This document shows positions 1-12,085 of a stretch of 64,000 bases of DNA, piece by piece. Origin of the DNA: an uncultured Gemmatimonadales bacterium. GTDB lineage: Bacteria > Gemmatimonadota > Gemmatimonadetes > Gemmatimonadales > GWC2-71-9. A model generated the notes under the pieces. It saw only the letters and a list, made by a program, of their open reading frames with translations. It searched no databases and was not told the DNA's origin. The stretch's first letter is position 1. Each line of letters starts with the position of its first letter. The stretch lies in NCBI GenBank assembly GCA_963748815.1, contig CAVVKJ010000010.1, positions 384,001-448,000 of the forward strand, given 5' to 3'. The position numbers and the translations under genes were made by a program.

Positions 1-380
1 CAGTCCAGCTTGAGCGCGCGGAGGAAGATGAACATGAAGAGGCCGGCCAGCACGAGGTGGAGCATGAAGCCGAGCGTCACCCCGGCATCCGGCGAGAGCA
101 TGAGCCGGAGCAGGAAGGTGGGATAGAAGGTGTCGCCGTTGCCGGTGTTGGCGAGGAACGGCATGCCGCCGAAGGTATACGGCATCCACTGCAGGATGCC
201 GCCGTTCGCATGGAAATAGGACGCCGCCAGTTCCCGGCCCGGAAATCCGGTGCGGGCGTCGCTCATCGCGTTGACGAGGAACTGCCCCCGGAAGAACGGG
301 AGGAATGCGAGCACGACCGTCACGCTATAGAGCGCGGCGGCGGTGAGGACGGGGAAGCGCTGGGTCAGTCGCGAAAGCAT
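1..380 (-). CDS. YfhO-like multi-pass membrane glycosyltransferase (GT-C), N-terminal part; runs off the window
   Basis: Manual translation from ATG at 380: MLSRLTQRFPVLTAAALYSV...ILQWMPYTFGGMPFLA...TFYPTFLLRL. The WxPYxFGGMPF pattern is typical of YfhO-like proteins. Not in the ORF track. Confidence 0.6.
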   Translation of the reverse strand, partial: MLSRLTQRFPVLTAAALYSVTVVLAFLPFFRGQFLVNAMSDARTGFPGRELAASYFHANGGILQWMPYTFGGMPFLANTGNGDTFYPTFLLRLMLSPDAGVTLGFMLHLVLAGLFMFIFLRALKLD

Positions 381-389
381 GGGCTCAGG

Positions 390-1328
390 TCACTCCGAGG
401 AGGAGACGCGCCGGGGGTGCCACGCGAGCACGCCGAGGGCGGTGAGGATTTCGAGCGCCACGAGCCAGAGCCGGGACGCGATGGCGAGCAGGAGCGCCGG
501 GGCCGGGCCGGTGATCGGCGAAAGCAGGATGACCATGGCGGCCTCCCGGACCCCGAGTCCGCCGGGGGCGAAGACCGCGATGATTCCCGCCACGTAGCTC
601 CCGATGAACGCGGCGGCCGCCGGCAGCACCCTCGGCGCGGCGTCACCCAGCAGCGCCAGCCCGAAGAGCCAGAACGCCACGCCGTAGGCCATCCAGGGGA
701 GGACCAGGGTGCCGACGTAGGCCATCATTTCCCGGTGCGTGGGAGCAGGCCACCTGATGTCCCGCCTGAGGAGCCGGCTGCTCCACCGCTCCAGGGTCGG
801 GGCGGCGACCGGGAGCAAAATAATGGCGGCGACCACCCCGAGCGAGGTCAGGCCGAGGGCGAGGACCGGGTTGGTGGTCCCCGTGACGGAGGTCGGCAGG
901 ACCGGCGCCAGGGACACGGTGAGGGCGATGCCGGTCCCAAGGAGAACCAGCTGCTGGAAGAGGATGGCGCCGGTGGCGGCGACCGGACTGATGCGCGCGC
1001 TCAGCGCCTCGGCCGAGACGTGGGCAAACTGCCAGATGGCGCCGGGGACGAAGCGGCTCAGGTTGGTGATGAACCAGATGCGGATGGCGGGGCCGAACGG
1101 GAGCGAGTCTCCCCACCAGCGGAGGCTCCGCGACCAGGTGCGCACCAGCAGGAACCAGGTGAGGACGGTCAGCGCGGAGGCGGCGAGCAGCGGGAGCGGG
1201 CGCAGGGCAATGGGGACCGCGCCCAATGCTTCCCGGTGGGAAAGCGCCGTGCCCACCAGGTACCAGGCGGCGGCGGTGAGGCCGGCCACCTGCAGCAGGC
1301 GGCGGAACCAGTGCCGGGCGCCGCTCAT
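390..1328 (-). CDS. Lysylphosphatidylglycerol synthase TM / flippase-like membrane protein
   Basis: MSGARHWF start overlaps the upstream stop (ATGA); motifs SRFVPGAIW and APGGLGVREA; hydrophobic throughout. Confidence 0.75.
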   Translation of the reverse strand: MSGARHWFRRLLQVAGLTAAAWYLVGTALSHREALGAVPIALRPLPLLAASALTVLTWFLLVRTWSRSLRWWGDSLPFGPAIRIWFITNLSRFVPGAIWQFAHVSAEALSARISPVAATGAILFQQLVLLGTGIALTVSLAPVLPTSVTGTTNPVLALGLTSLGVVAAIILLPVAAPTLERWSSRLLRRDIRWPAPTHREMMAYVGTLVLPWMAYGVAFWLFGLALLGDAAPRVLPAAAAFIGSYVAGIIAVFAPGGLGVREAAMVILLSPITGPAPALLLAIASRLWLVALEILTALGVLAWHPRRVSSSE

Positions 1329-2519
1329 CGCGCCGCCACCGCCCGGCGATACACGGCGTCGAAACCGGCGGCGAGCCCGCCGGGGGAGAAGCGACGGTCG
1401 AGGTCGGCCCGCGCGGCCGTCGCAAAGCGCACCGAGAGCGCGGGATCGTCCAGCAGCCGGGCGGCGGCGGCAGCCAGCGCCTTCCGCATCCCGTTCCGGC
1501 ACGAGGAGGCCCGTCGCCCCGTCGGTCACGACATCGGGAATCCCGCCACACCGCGTGGCCACGACCGGCAAGTCGCTCGCCATCGCCTCGACGAGGACCA
1601 TGCCGAATCCCTCCTGCTCGCCCTTCCAGTCGGTGACCGCGGGCATCAGCAGCATGCTGGCGGTTCGGTAGTGCTCGGCGATGTCGTCGTGCGGGAGGGC
1701 GCCGGCGAGGTCCACCGCGTCGCGGAGGCCGAGTTCCTCGATCAGCGCGGTGAGCCTGGGGCGCTCCGGCCCCTCACCGATGACGGTGAGGCGTACCGCC
1801 CTCCCCTGCCCGCGGAGTTCGGCGACCGCGCGCACGGCGTATTCGGCACCCTTGCGCTCGATGAGCCGGCCGACGAAGAGCAGGCGGCCGGTGTCGCGCA
1901 CATTGTGCATGGGCGGTGCGAAGCGCTCCGCGCTGACCGGCATCGGGAGAACCGTGATGCGATCGGCGGAGACACCGAGCCGCTCGACCCGCGGCACGAG
2001 CGGAGTGGAGATGACCGTCACCTGCGCCGCGGAGCGGAAGATCGGCCCTGCGACGGCGCGGGCGACGGGGAAACGATCGAGCAGGAAGAGATCGGTCCCG
2101 TGCGAGGTCAGCACGATCGGCACGCCCGCGGCGTTGCCGGGCCAGGTCGCGAACCCGCCCGGCACCCACCAGTGGACGTGCAAAACGTCGGGGCCGAATG
2201 CGTCGCATTCGCGCCGCAGGGCGCGGCGACTCGCACGGAGGAATTGGACCAGCCGCCACCGGGCGCGCCACGAACCGAGCGCCTGTTCATGCATGGTGCC
2301 GGCATAGGCGAGGGTCTCCTCCCGGTCCGCCCCGTACCGATACCGGACCACCTCCACACCGCCGACCGACTCCCGCTCGGCGAGCCCGGGCCCGTGGGGC
2401 GCGAGCACGCGCACCTGGTGGCCGAGGGTCTGTTGCCCGCGGACGAGGGCGAGCAAGAACGCCCCCGCCATGTCGTCGACATGCCGGGGGAAGTTGTGGG
2501 TGACGAGGAGGATCTTCAG
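1325..2519 (-). CDS. Glycosyltransferase family 4, frameshifted near 1480 (likely sequencing indel)
   Basis: KILLVTHNFP, TSHGTD, FVGRLIERKG, EGFGMVLVEAMA. C-terminus continues in another frame (ALAAAAARLLDDP...RRAVAAR*). Start is either CTG 2519 or ATG 2561. Confidence 0.85.
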
Positions 2520-2550
2520 GTGGGGACTCCGGCGGCCATGGCGTCGTGGC

Positions 2551-3519
2551 TCATCCGTCATCCTGCTTTCGCGTGAGTGCCGCGAGCCGGCTCACGTCCC
2601 GCCGCATCCCCTGCACGTCCTCCCGGAACCCCGCGATCATCTCGCCGACGAACCCGAAGCCGAAGAGCACGATGCCGCTGATGACCATCGTCTCGACCAG
2701 GTTGAGCAGGGGCCGAAAGCCGATGCCATACCCGAACCGCAGCACCAGCGCCACGATGCCGGCCAGGAACCCGACCCCGAAGAGCAGCGCGCCCAATCCG
2801 CCGAAGAAGAGGAGGGGCTTCCGCGAGAACCGGAGCTGGAACCAGACCGAGAGGAGGTCGAGCACGCCGACGGGAATCCGCTTCCAGTTGAACTTCGACA
2901 CGCCCGCCTTCCGGGGGTACAGCGGCACCGGCAACGACGTCAGCCGCGCCCCTTCGGCGGCGGCCACCACCACCATGTAGCGATGCCAGTCGGGCCGCAT
3001 AGGCACGTTGGCCATCACCTCGCGCCGGTAGGCCTTCACCGAATTGAGGTCGGTCACGCGGATGCCGAAGAGCCAGCGGCAGAGCGCGTTGTAGATGCCG
3101 GAGACGAACGCCTTCTCGTACTTCCCCTGCTTGGTCCCGGTCACGATGTCGGCCCGCCCCGCCAGGATCGGCGCCACCAGCGACGGGATGTCTTCGGGGA
3201 GGTACTGCAGGTCGGCGGGATAGAAGACAAACACGTCCCCGCGGGCCGCGTCGCCCGCGGAGCGCAGAGCATCGGCGATGCCCCGCTGGCGGGCGTGCGT
3301 CACCACCGTCAGGAAGGCGTTCCGCCCCCGCTCCGCCTCGAGCACCAGCGCGGTCCGGTCGCGCGAGCCGTCATCGACCACCACCACCTCGAAGGTGAAC
3401 GGCGCCGGCCCCAGCGCCTCGGCGCAGAGCCGGAGGAACTCGGGGAGGTTGTCGGCCTCGTCCTTGGCCGGCACCAGGACGCTGACGTCCACCGGGCCGG
3501 TGCGCGCGGGCAGGCTCAT
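2551..3519 (-). CDS. Glycosyltransferase family 2 (DPM/ArnC-like) with two C-terminal TM helices
   Basis: VSVLVPAKDEADNL, VVVVDDGSRD, YPADLQY, RKAGVSKF. Confidence 0.88.
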   Translation of the reverse strand: MSLPARTGPVDVSVLVPAKDEADNLPEFLRLCAEALGPAPFTFEVVVVDDGSRDRTALVLEAERGRNAFLTVVTHARQRGIADALRSAGDAARGDVFVFYPADLQYLPEDIPSLVAPILAGRADIVTGTKQGKYEKAFVSGIYNALCRWLFGIRVTDLNSVKAYRREVMANVPMRPDWHRYMVVVAAAEGARLTSLPVPLYPRKAGVSKFNWKRIPVGVLDLLSVWFQLRFSRKPLLFFGGLGALLFGVGFLAGIVALVLRFGYGIGFRPLLNLVETMVISGIVLFGFGFVGEMIAGFREDVQGMRRDVSRLAALTRKQDDG

Positions 3520-5033
3520 ACCCGCTTCCGCATCCGGGCCGGCAGGATGCCCAGCTGGTCGCGGTACTTGGCCACGGTCCGCCGGGCGATCTTGATCCCC
3601 TGCTCCTGGAAGAGGTGCACGATCTGCTGGTCCGTCAGCGGTTTCCCGGTGTCCTCGTCGGCCACCATCTTCTCGAGCTTGGCGCGAATGGACCGGGCGC
3701 TGGCGTCCTCCCCCGACGAGGTGCTGAGCGCGCTGCTGAAGAAGAACTTCAGCGGCAGCACGCCGCGCGGGGTCTGCACGAACTTCTCGTTCGTCACGCG
3801 GCTCACCGTGGACTCGTGCATGTTGATGACCTCGGCCACCTCGCGCAGGGTGAGCGGCTTGAGGTACTCGATGCCCTTCTCGAAGAATTCCCGCTGCCGG
3901 TCCACGATGAAGTTCATCACCTTGAGCATCGTCTGGCGCCGCTGCTCGATGGCCTGGATCATCCAGGTGGCGCTGTTCATCTTCGACGCGATGAACTCGC
4001 GGTTCTCCTGGGTGAGCCGCTTCCGGTCGCGGGTGACCTCCTGATAGGCGCGCGACAGGCGGAGGCGCGGCATGCCGGTGTCGTTGAGGAAGACCTTGTA
4101 TTCGCTGTCCACCTTGTTGACGATCAGGTCGGGGGTGATGTACCCGTCGTCCTTGCCGGAATACTTGAGCCCCGGCTTCGGGTCGAGTGACGCGAGCGAA
4201 TCGGCGGCCGACTGCACCGCCACGGCCGGCACGCCGAACCGGCGGGCCAGGTCGTTCCATCGGTGGGCAATGAGGTCGCCGAACGCCTCGGACACCAGCC
4301 GGTAGGTGAGCGTCTCGGTCTGGTCGAGCTCGCGGAGCTGGATCAGGAGGCACTCCTGGATGTCGCGCGCGCCGATGCCCGGCGGGTCGAGGGCCTGGAT
4401 GATGCGGAGCATCTCCTCCGCCTCGCCCATGCCGTACAGTTCCACGCCCTCGGGGAGGTCGCCCACGGCCGGGTCGGCGTCGAGATTGTCGAGGTCCAGC
4501 TCCTCGTCGAGATCGGCGTTGTCCCGGGCGTGCGCGGTGATCAGCTGGTTGACGGAGCCGACGATCTCCTCCAGGGAGGCGGCCAGGAAGCCGTCCTCCT
4601 TGATGTTCCCGATGAACTCCTCGCTCAGGAGCACCTGCCGCGGCGAGAGGTCGAGCATCTTGAGCTGCTCGCGGAGGTGGTCGGTCAGATCCCGGCTCTG
4701 CACCGTGACCGCCTCGGTGTACTCGAGCTGCTCGTGCTGCTCGCGGGTGCCGCCGACGTCGAAGCCGTTGAGGAGGATCTCCTCCCAGTCCATCTCCTCC
4801 TCCTTGGCGGCCTGCTCCTTCTCCTGCTCCTTGTCCTTCTCTCGGTCCGCGCCGTCCTGCTCTTCCTCCTCCGGCTCGAGCAGTTCGAGGAACGGGTTGA
4901 CGAGCAGCTCCTGCTTCAGGTGCTGCTGCAGGTCCATCATCGGCATGTAGAGCATGTCCATCGCCTGGTAGAGGCGCGGATTGATGCGCAGTTCCTGCCG
5001 CTGGCCGAGGTGCTGCGAGAGTCCTGTCTTCAC
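3516..5033 (-). CDS. rpoN: RNA polymerase sigma-54 factor
   Basis: RpoN box ARRTVAKYR, HESTVSRV, DPPGIGAR; sits next to lptB. Confidence 0.98.
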   Translation of the reverse strand: MKTGLSQHLGQRQELRINPRLYQAMDMLYMPMMDLQQHLKQELLVNPFLELLEPEEEEQDGADREKDKEQEKEQAAKEEEMDWEEILLNGFDVGGTREQHEQLEYTEAVTVQSRDLTDHLREQLKMLDLSPRQVLLSEEFIGNIKEDGFLAASLEEIVGSVNQLITAHARDNADLDEELDLDNLDADPAVGDLPEGVELYGMGEAEEMLRIIQALDPPGIGARDIQECLLIQLRELDQTETLTYRLVSEAFGDLIAHRWNDLARRFGVPAVAVQSAADSLASLDPKPGLKYSGKDDGYITPDLIVNKVDSEYKVFLNDTGMPRLRLSRAYQEVTRDRKRLTQENREFIASKMNSATWMIQAIEQRRQTMLKVMNFIVDRQREFFEKGIEYLKPLTLREVAEVINMHESTVSRVTNEKFVQTPRGVLPLKFFFSSALSTSSGEDASARSIRAKLEKMVADEDTGKPLTDQQIVHLFQEQGIKIARRTVAKYRDQLGILPARMRKRV

Positions 5034-6196
5034 GCGACGTTCTCCAATCGGGCCCGGAGCCTGGCCGTCAGGGTGGGCCCCAGGTAGAGCTCGGCGACCC
5101 GCTCGTCGAACACGAGTTCGGGCACGGTGCCGGCGGCCTGGACTTTTCCTTCGAAGAGGATGTACGCCCGATCCACGATGTCGAGGGTCTGCTCGACGTT
5201 GTGGTCGGTGATCAGCACGCCGAGGCCGCGGTGGCGCAGCCCGGCGACGATGTTCTGGATGTCGTTCACCGCGATCGGGTCCACGCCGGCGAACGGTTCG
5301 TCGAGCAGCATGAACTTCGGTTCGGTCACCAGCGCCCGGGTGATCTCGAGTCGCCGCCGCTCGCCGCCGCTGAGCGAATAGGCCATGCTCTTCCGCAGGT
5401 GCTTGATGGAGAGCTCGTCCAGCATCTTCTCGAGGCGCTCAAGCCGCTCGGTCCGCGACAGGGGCAGCATCTCGAGGATGGCCAGCACGTTCTCCTCGAC
5501 GGTGAGCCGCCGAAACACCGAGGGCTCCTGCGCGAGGTAGCCGAGGCCGCGGCGGGCGCGCTGGTACATGGCGGAGTGCGTCATGTCGTCGCCGTCGAGG
5601 ATGACGCGGCCGGCGTCGGGACGGATGATCCCGGTCAGGCAGTAGAAGGTGACGGTCTTTCCGGCGCCGTTCGGGCCGAGGAGCGCCACGATTTCGCCCT
5701 GCTCGACTCGCACCGACACGTCGTCCACCACCCGGCGCTGCCGAAAGCTCTTGCAGAGGCCGATTCCCTCGAGCACGCTCGCCGGTCCGGCGGGGCGCGT
5801 CTCGCCGGTGGTGTGGCGGCTCTGCCCTTCCTGGGCGGCGGAAAGGAGGTGCGTCAGCGCGGCACTCCGGTCCGCGACCGCGACGGACCACCAGTGCGGC
5901 GTCGCTCGAACGGTAGACCAGTCGCTTCCGCTCGCCTCGACGATCCAGCCGCCATCCGCCAGTCTGGGCAGGACCGACCGGGTGAGGCTTTCACGGAGCT
6001 GGTCGCCGCTCAGTTCCGACCGCGGGAGGCCCGGAATCGTCTCCACCGCGCTCAGGAAGGTGCTGCGATACCCCATCACCAGCCGGTCGAGCCCCACCGA
6101 TCCGTCGTCGGCGGCGGTGTGTGTCATGGCCGCGAGCGCCAGCGAGAGCGACGCATCGCGCTCCGCGAGCCCGTCCAGCCAGCCGGGGCGGCTCAC
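5030..6196 (-). CDS. lptB: LPS export ABC ATPase LptB with a roughly 140-aa N-terminal extension
   Basis: GPNGAGKT, YLAQEPSVFRRL, LSGGERRRLEI, LLDEPFAGVDP, ITDHNV; GTG start overlaps the upstream stop (GTGA). Confidence 0.93.
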   Translation of the reverse strand: MSRPGWLDGLAERDASLSLALAAMTHTAADDGSVGLDRLVMGYRSTFLSAVETIPGLPRSELSGDQLRESLTRSVLPRLADGGWIVEASGSDWSTVRATPHWWSVAVADRSAALTHLLSAAQEGQSRHTTGETRPAGPASVLEGIGLCKSFRQRRVVDDVSVRVEQGEIVALLGPNGAGKTVTFYCLTGIIRPDAGRVILDGDDMTHSAMYQRARRGLGYLAQEPSVFRRLTVEENVLAILEMLPLSRTERLERLEKMLDELSIKHLRKSMAYSLSGGERRRLEITRALVTEPKFMLLDEPFAGVDPIAVNDIQNIVAGLRHRGLGVLITDHNVEQTLDIVDRAYILFEGKVQAAGTVPELVFDERVAELYLGPTLTARLRARLENVA

Positions 6197-7540
6197 GGCT
6201 GCACCGCGGGAAGCGAGTCGGCGGGAGCGGCCGCCGAATCGGCCGGCGTCGTCGTCGTGTCCCGGGCGGGCGGCTTCGGCTGCAGCTGCACACCGTCCAC
6301 CTTGCCGAGAATGTCGACCCGCTCCACGCCGCCCTTTGGTTCGGCCTTCATGACCACGAGAATCCGGTTCCCGCGCGCATAATTCAGCGAGGGCACACCG
6401 GGCCGCGCGGGGTCGATGACCTGGTAGAACGAGCTCGCGTCGGTCCACGCCTCGATCTGGTGGACCACCGTCTTCGTCCTGCCCTCCACCTCGAGCTGCG
6501 CGAACCGCGCGGTCACCGTGTCACCGCGGAGCCAGTCGCGGTTGGCCGCGGTCGTGTCCTCCCCGCTGGCCACCCACGCCTTGCCGATAGGCCCGGGCCT
6601 CGGTGAGGATCTTGGCGGGCGTGTCCAGGGCCAGCGAATCGGCCGTGATCTCGTACGTGCTGGAGATGGCGTGCGGCCGGACCCCCTTGCCCCAGGCCAG
6701 CGTCTGCTCCAGCACCCGGGCGTTGACGTCGAGGCCGATCGTGTCGGCCACGAGGGTCCAATCGGCGCTGACCGCCCTCCCCGCTCCATCGGCCTGCACG
6801 TAGGTCAAGTCGTTTTGCTCCAGCTGAAGATTGATGCGGTCCCCGAAGAGCGAAAACGGATCCTTGCCGAGGCCGTTGATCTGGGCGCCGCGAATCAGGG
6901 CGCCGTCCTGGCCCGGTCCGGTGTCGAGCCGCATCGAGTCGGCGCTGGCGGCGACGTCGCTGCGATTGATGGTGACCCGGCCGCCGGCCCAGAGGCGGTC
7001 CTCCCCCTTCATCCGGATCCGGTCGCCGACGATCACGTAGGGCTCCTGCTCCCGGCCGGTGGAATCCCGCGGGACGTAGTCGATGGTCGGGCGGCCGTCG
7101 GCGTAGACCTCGACCACCGCGCGCTGTCCAGGAAGAATCCGGTAGTAGTCGAGCGACGGCCCCCGGAGTGTCGATCCTCCCGAACTCCTGGTGACGACGT
7201 TGCCGCGCGCCTCCCAGATCTCCCCCGCCCGCCGGTACGTGCCCCGGTCGGCGGTCATGACCATCGACGAGTCCTCGTACCGCACATGGCCGATGAACTC
7301 GGTGATCTGCCCGCCGTACGACGCCAGGCTGTCGCTGCGCATCCGGATCGTGGTGCCGTCGCAGGCCAGCTGGACGTTGCCGGAGGCGAAGTAGTTGTCC
7401 TGCCCCACCGTGGCGCCGGAGTCGGCGTGAATCAGGCGGATCCGGCAGCGCTGCTGGGCAGACGGCTCCTGGGCGGCAGCCGGCGAAGGCGCGAGCGCCA
7501 TCGCCACCACGACCACGGCACCGACCAACCCGTCGCGCAT
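6193..7540 (-). CDS. LptA/OstA-like beta-jellyroll periplasmic protein, frameshifted near 6590
   Basis: Signal peptide and repeated ADSL/GNV/GHV beta motifs; lies between lptC and lptB; ORFs 6521..7744 and 6193..6789 join. Confidence 0.72.
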
Positions 7541-7541
7541 C

Positions 7542-8102
7542 CTATTGCCCCGGCAGGATGATGCCTTCGTCGGCGCGTCCGCGGGGGCTGCCCGTCTTGG
7601 TCCGCTGGATGTTCGGATCCGACGTGAACCCGACGCCCTCCAGGTGGTTGGCGCCCTGGTCATACGTGTAGAACAGCTCCGACGAAATCTCGTTCCGTCC
7701 CGGATCGTACTTGAGCTGCTCGCTCTTGAGCGTCCGGGTGCCATCCGTGGACCGCACCACCACGTCGCCGCGGCCCTCCATGACGCCGGTCATCGTCTGG
7801 TAGGTGCCCTCGTGCGACGTCAGTTTCGAGGTCGGCGTCCCGTCCTTGTCGTAGAAGGTGACGGTCACCACGCGCAGCTCGAAGGTCTGGGATGCCTCGT
7901 AGTAGTAGGCGGTGTCGGCCTCGACGAGGCTCTTCTGGACCCCATCCCGCGTGATGATGTGCCGCACCTGGAGGAGCGTCTGGTCGGCGGTGTCCGCGGC
8001 CGTACTGAGCACGCCGGGCCGGGCGCCGGTTTCGTTGCAGGCGGCACCCACGGCCATCGCGCCGATCAGCGCGGCCACCCGCAGCGCCGCCGCGCCCCTC
8101 AC
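7542..8102 (-). CDS. lptC: LPS export periplasmic protein LptC
   Basis: Lipoprotein-like N-terminus; TLKSEQLKYD and LEGVGFTSD; kdsD-lptC-lptA-lptB order. Confidence 0.85.
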   Translation of the reverse strand: MRGAAALRVAALIGAMAVGAACNETGARPGVLSTAADTADQTLLQVRHIITRDGVQKSLVEADTAYYYEASQTFELRVVTVTFYDKDGTPTSKLTSHEGTYQTMTGVMEGRGDVVVRSTDGTRTLKSEQLKYDPGRNEISSELFYTYDQGANHLEGVGFTSDPNIQRTKTGSPRGRADEGIILPGQ

Positions 8103-9064
8103 CCGGCCCCCGCGCGCATCAGGTCGTGGAGGTGGATGACGCCGGCCAGGCGCCCGTCCCCATCGAGGACCGGCATGGCCATGATGCCGTGACGCTCCAT
8201 CCGACCGAGCACTGCGGCCGCCAGTTCGTCGCCGGCCGCCGACTTCGGCGCCCGCGTCATCACGGCGGAGGCGAGCCCCTCGAGAAAGGCCGGGTCCGAC
8301 TGCGCCAGCCGGCTCAGGTCGCCGGCGGTCACCACGCCCAGCACCTTCCCCTGGTCAGCGACGATGGCCAGGCCGCGGTGCCGGGCCAGCGCGACGACGC
8401 ACTCCCGCATGGTCGCGGCCGGCGCCAGGACACCTTCCGGGGGAAGCATGACGTCGCGCGCGCGGAGCAGGAGCCTTCGTCCCAGCGTCCCGCCGGGATG
8501 CAACTCGGCGAAATCCTCCCGCTGGAACCCCTTCACCTCGAGGAGCGCGACGGCCAGGGCGTCGCCGAGGGCGAGCGCCACGCCGGTGCTGGTGGTCGGC
8601 GCCAGGTCGTGGGGGCAGGCTTCCTCGGCCACGCCGGCGTCGAGCACCTCGCGCGCCACCTTCGCGAGCGTCGAGTCGCGGCCGCCGGTCAGGGCGATGA
8701 TCGGCACGTTGAGTCGCTGCAGCGCCGTCATCAGCCCGAACAGTTCCTCCGTTTCGCCGCTCTTGCTGAGCAGGATCGCGATGTCGTCGCGTCCGACGAT
8801 GCCGAGGTCGCCGTGCAGGCTGTCCACCGGGTGGAGATAGGTGGCGGGCGTGCCGGTCGAGGTGAGGGTCGCGGCGATCTTCCTGGCGATGAGCCCCGAC
8901 TTCCCGACGCCCGAGACGATGACGCGCCCCTTCGCGGCGGCGAGCAGCGCCACCGCCCGCGCAAACGCGCCGTCGAGCCGGCTGGCGGCGCCCGCGATTT
9001 CGCGGGCCTCGAGCTCGAGGACCCGGCGGCCGAGCGCGGTCAGCGCCGCGGGATCACGCGTCAC
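8099..9064 (-). CDS. kdsD: Arabinose-5-phosphate isomerase (KpsF/GutQ family, SIS plus CBS)
   Basis: SGVGKSGLIARKIAATLTSTGTPA, HGDLG, EEACPHDLAPTTS, HPGGTLG. Confidence 0.95.
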   Translation of the reverse strand: MTRDPAALTALGRRVLELEAREIAGAASRLDGAFARAVALLAAAKGRVIVSGVGKSGLIARKIAATLTSTGTPATYLHPVDSLHGDLGIVGRDDIAILLSKSGETEELFGLMTALQRLNVPIIALTGGRDSTLAKVAREVLDAGVAEEACPHDLAPTTSTGVALALGDALAVALLEVKGFQREDFAELHPGGTLGRRLLLRARDVMLPPEGVLAPAATMRECVVALARHRGLAIVADQGKVLGVVTAGDLSRLAQSDPAFLEGLASAVMTRAPKSAAGDELAAAVLGRMERHGIMAMPVLDGDGRLAGVIHLHDLMRAGAG

Positions 9065-9608
9065 GGCCGTCTCGCGTGGCGAGGTACCGATCGACGGCGG
9101 CCTCGTATTCGTCGCGGGCGCGGAGCATCGCAGTCACGACCTCGCGCACGGCGCCCCGGCCCCCCGCGGCTTCGGTCACGTACGCCGCGATGGCCTTCAT
9201 TTCCGGCACGGCGTTGGCCACCGCGATCGGCAACCCCGCCCGCTGCATGACCGGCACGTCGGCCAGATCGTCGCCGACGAAGGCGACCTCGTCCCACGCG
9301 ATGCCGTGCTTCTCGATGAGGGCGGCGAGGGCGGGCACCTTCCGGGCGCCGGCGTCCTGGATGACATCGTCGATGCGCAGCTCGGCGGCGCGCAGCGCGG
9401 TGGCGTCGGAGACCCGCCCGCTCACGATCGCCACGCGGATGCCGGTCCCCCGCAGCAGCGCGAGGCCGAGGCCGTCCTGGATGTCGAACCGCTTGAGCTC
9501 GATCCGTTCCCCCTGCGACGCGCCGATGTACACGCCGTTGTCGGTGAGGACGCCGTCGACGTCGAGCGCCAGGAGGCGAACCCGGCGCGCCACGCGCGGG
9601 TCAAGCAC
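9054..9608 (-). CDS. kdsC: KDO-8-phosphate phosphatase
   Basis: LDVDGVLTD, GDDLAD, GGRGAVREV. Confidence 0.95.
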   Translation of the reverse strand: MLDPRVARRVRLLALDVDGVLTDNGVYIGASQGERIELKRFDIQDGLGLALLRGTGIRVAIVSGRVSDATALRAAELRIDDVIQDAGARKVPALAALIEKHGIAWDEVAFVGDDLADVPVMQRAGLPIAVANAVPEMKAIAAYVTEAAGGRGAVREVVTAMLRARDEYEAAVDRYLATRDGRDA

Positions 9609-10408
9609 GGGTGCCCTCGCGGGCGCGGGCCCAGAGGTCGAGCGTGCGGCCCATCAACGCATCGAGTTGGTCCAGCGGCCACTGGGTGGCTGCGTCGCTC
9701 GGCGCGTTGGCCGGGTCAGGGTGCGTCTCGAGGAAGAAGCCGTCGGCGCCGCTGACCGCCGCCGCCGCAAGCAGCGGCGGAATGAAGTGCCGGAGGCCGC
9801 CGCTCGCGCCCCCGTCGCCCTGCCCCGGCTGCTGCACCGAGTGGGTGGCGTCGAAGATGACCGGCACCCCGGTGGCCGCGCCATCCGGCGGAAGCTCCGC
9901 ATGTCGACCACGAGATCGCCGTAGCCGAAGAAGGTGCCGCGTTCGGTGACCGCCACCTCGCCGGCGCCGGCCCCCTGCACCTTTTCCACGGCGCCGAGCA
10001 TCCCCTCCGGCTGCATCCACTGGCCCTTCTTGATGTTGACCGGGCGCCCGGTCCGCCCCGCCGCCACGAGCAGGTCGGTCTGCCGGCAGAGGAACGCCGG
10101 GATCTGCAGGACGTCCACCACTTCGGCGGCGGGCGCGGCGTGCGCGGCCTCGTGGATGTCGGTCAGGATCGGCAAGCCGGTCGCGGCGCGCACCCGTTCG
10201 AGCGCGCGCAGTCCCTCCTGCAGCCCGGGGCCGCGCTGGCCGCCCCTGCGCGAGCGGTTGGCCTTGTCGAAGCTCGCCTTGAAGCAGACCGGCAGGGCGT
10301 GCCGCGCGGACAGCGCGGCCAGGGCCTCCCCCACGCGGAGCATGAGGTCGTCGTCCTCGACCATGCAGGGCCCCGCGATCAGGAACGGGGCCCGGCCGAA
10401 GGTCCAGG

Positions 10409-10412
<4 letters not shown>
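9601..10412 (-). CDS. kdsA: KDO-8-phosphate synthase, frameshifted near 9880
   Basis: [51 protein letters not shown]. Confidence 0.95.
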
Positions 10413-12081
<1,669 letters not shown>

Positions 12082-12085
12082 GGTG

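Noticed and set aside
390..2561. 723-aa GT4-flippase fusion
   Set aside because: The join passes through nonsense Arg-rich sequence after an indel near 1480, and the native GT4 ending exists in another frame.
57..2576. Long antisense and off-frame ORFs (for example 57..2576+, 39817..42249+)
   Set aside because: Shadow ORFs typical of high-GC DNA: Arg/Gly/Pro-rich, no motifs, and overlapping well-supported genes.
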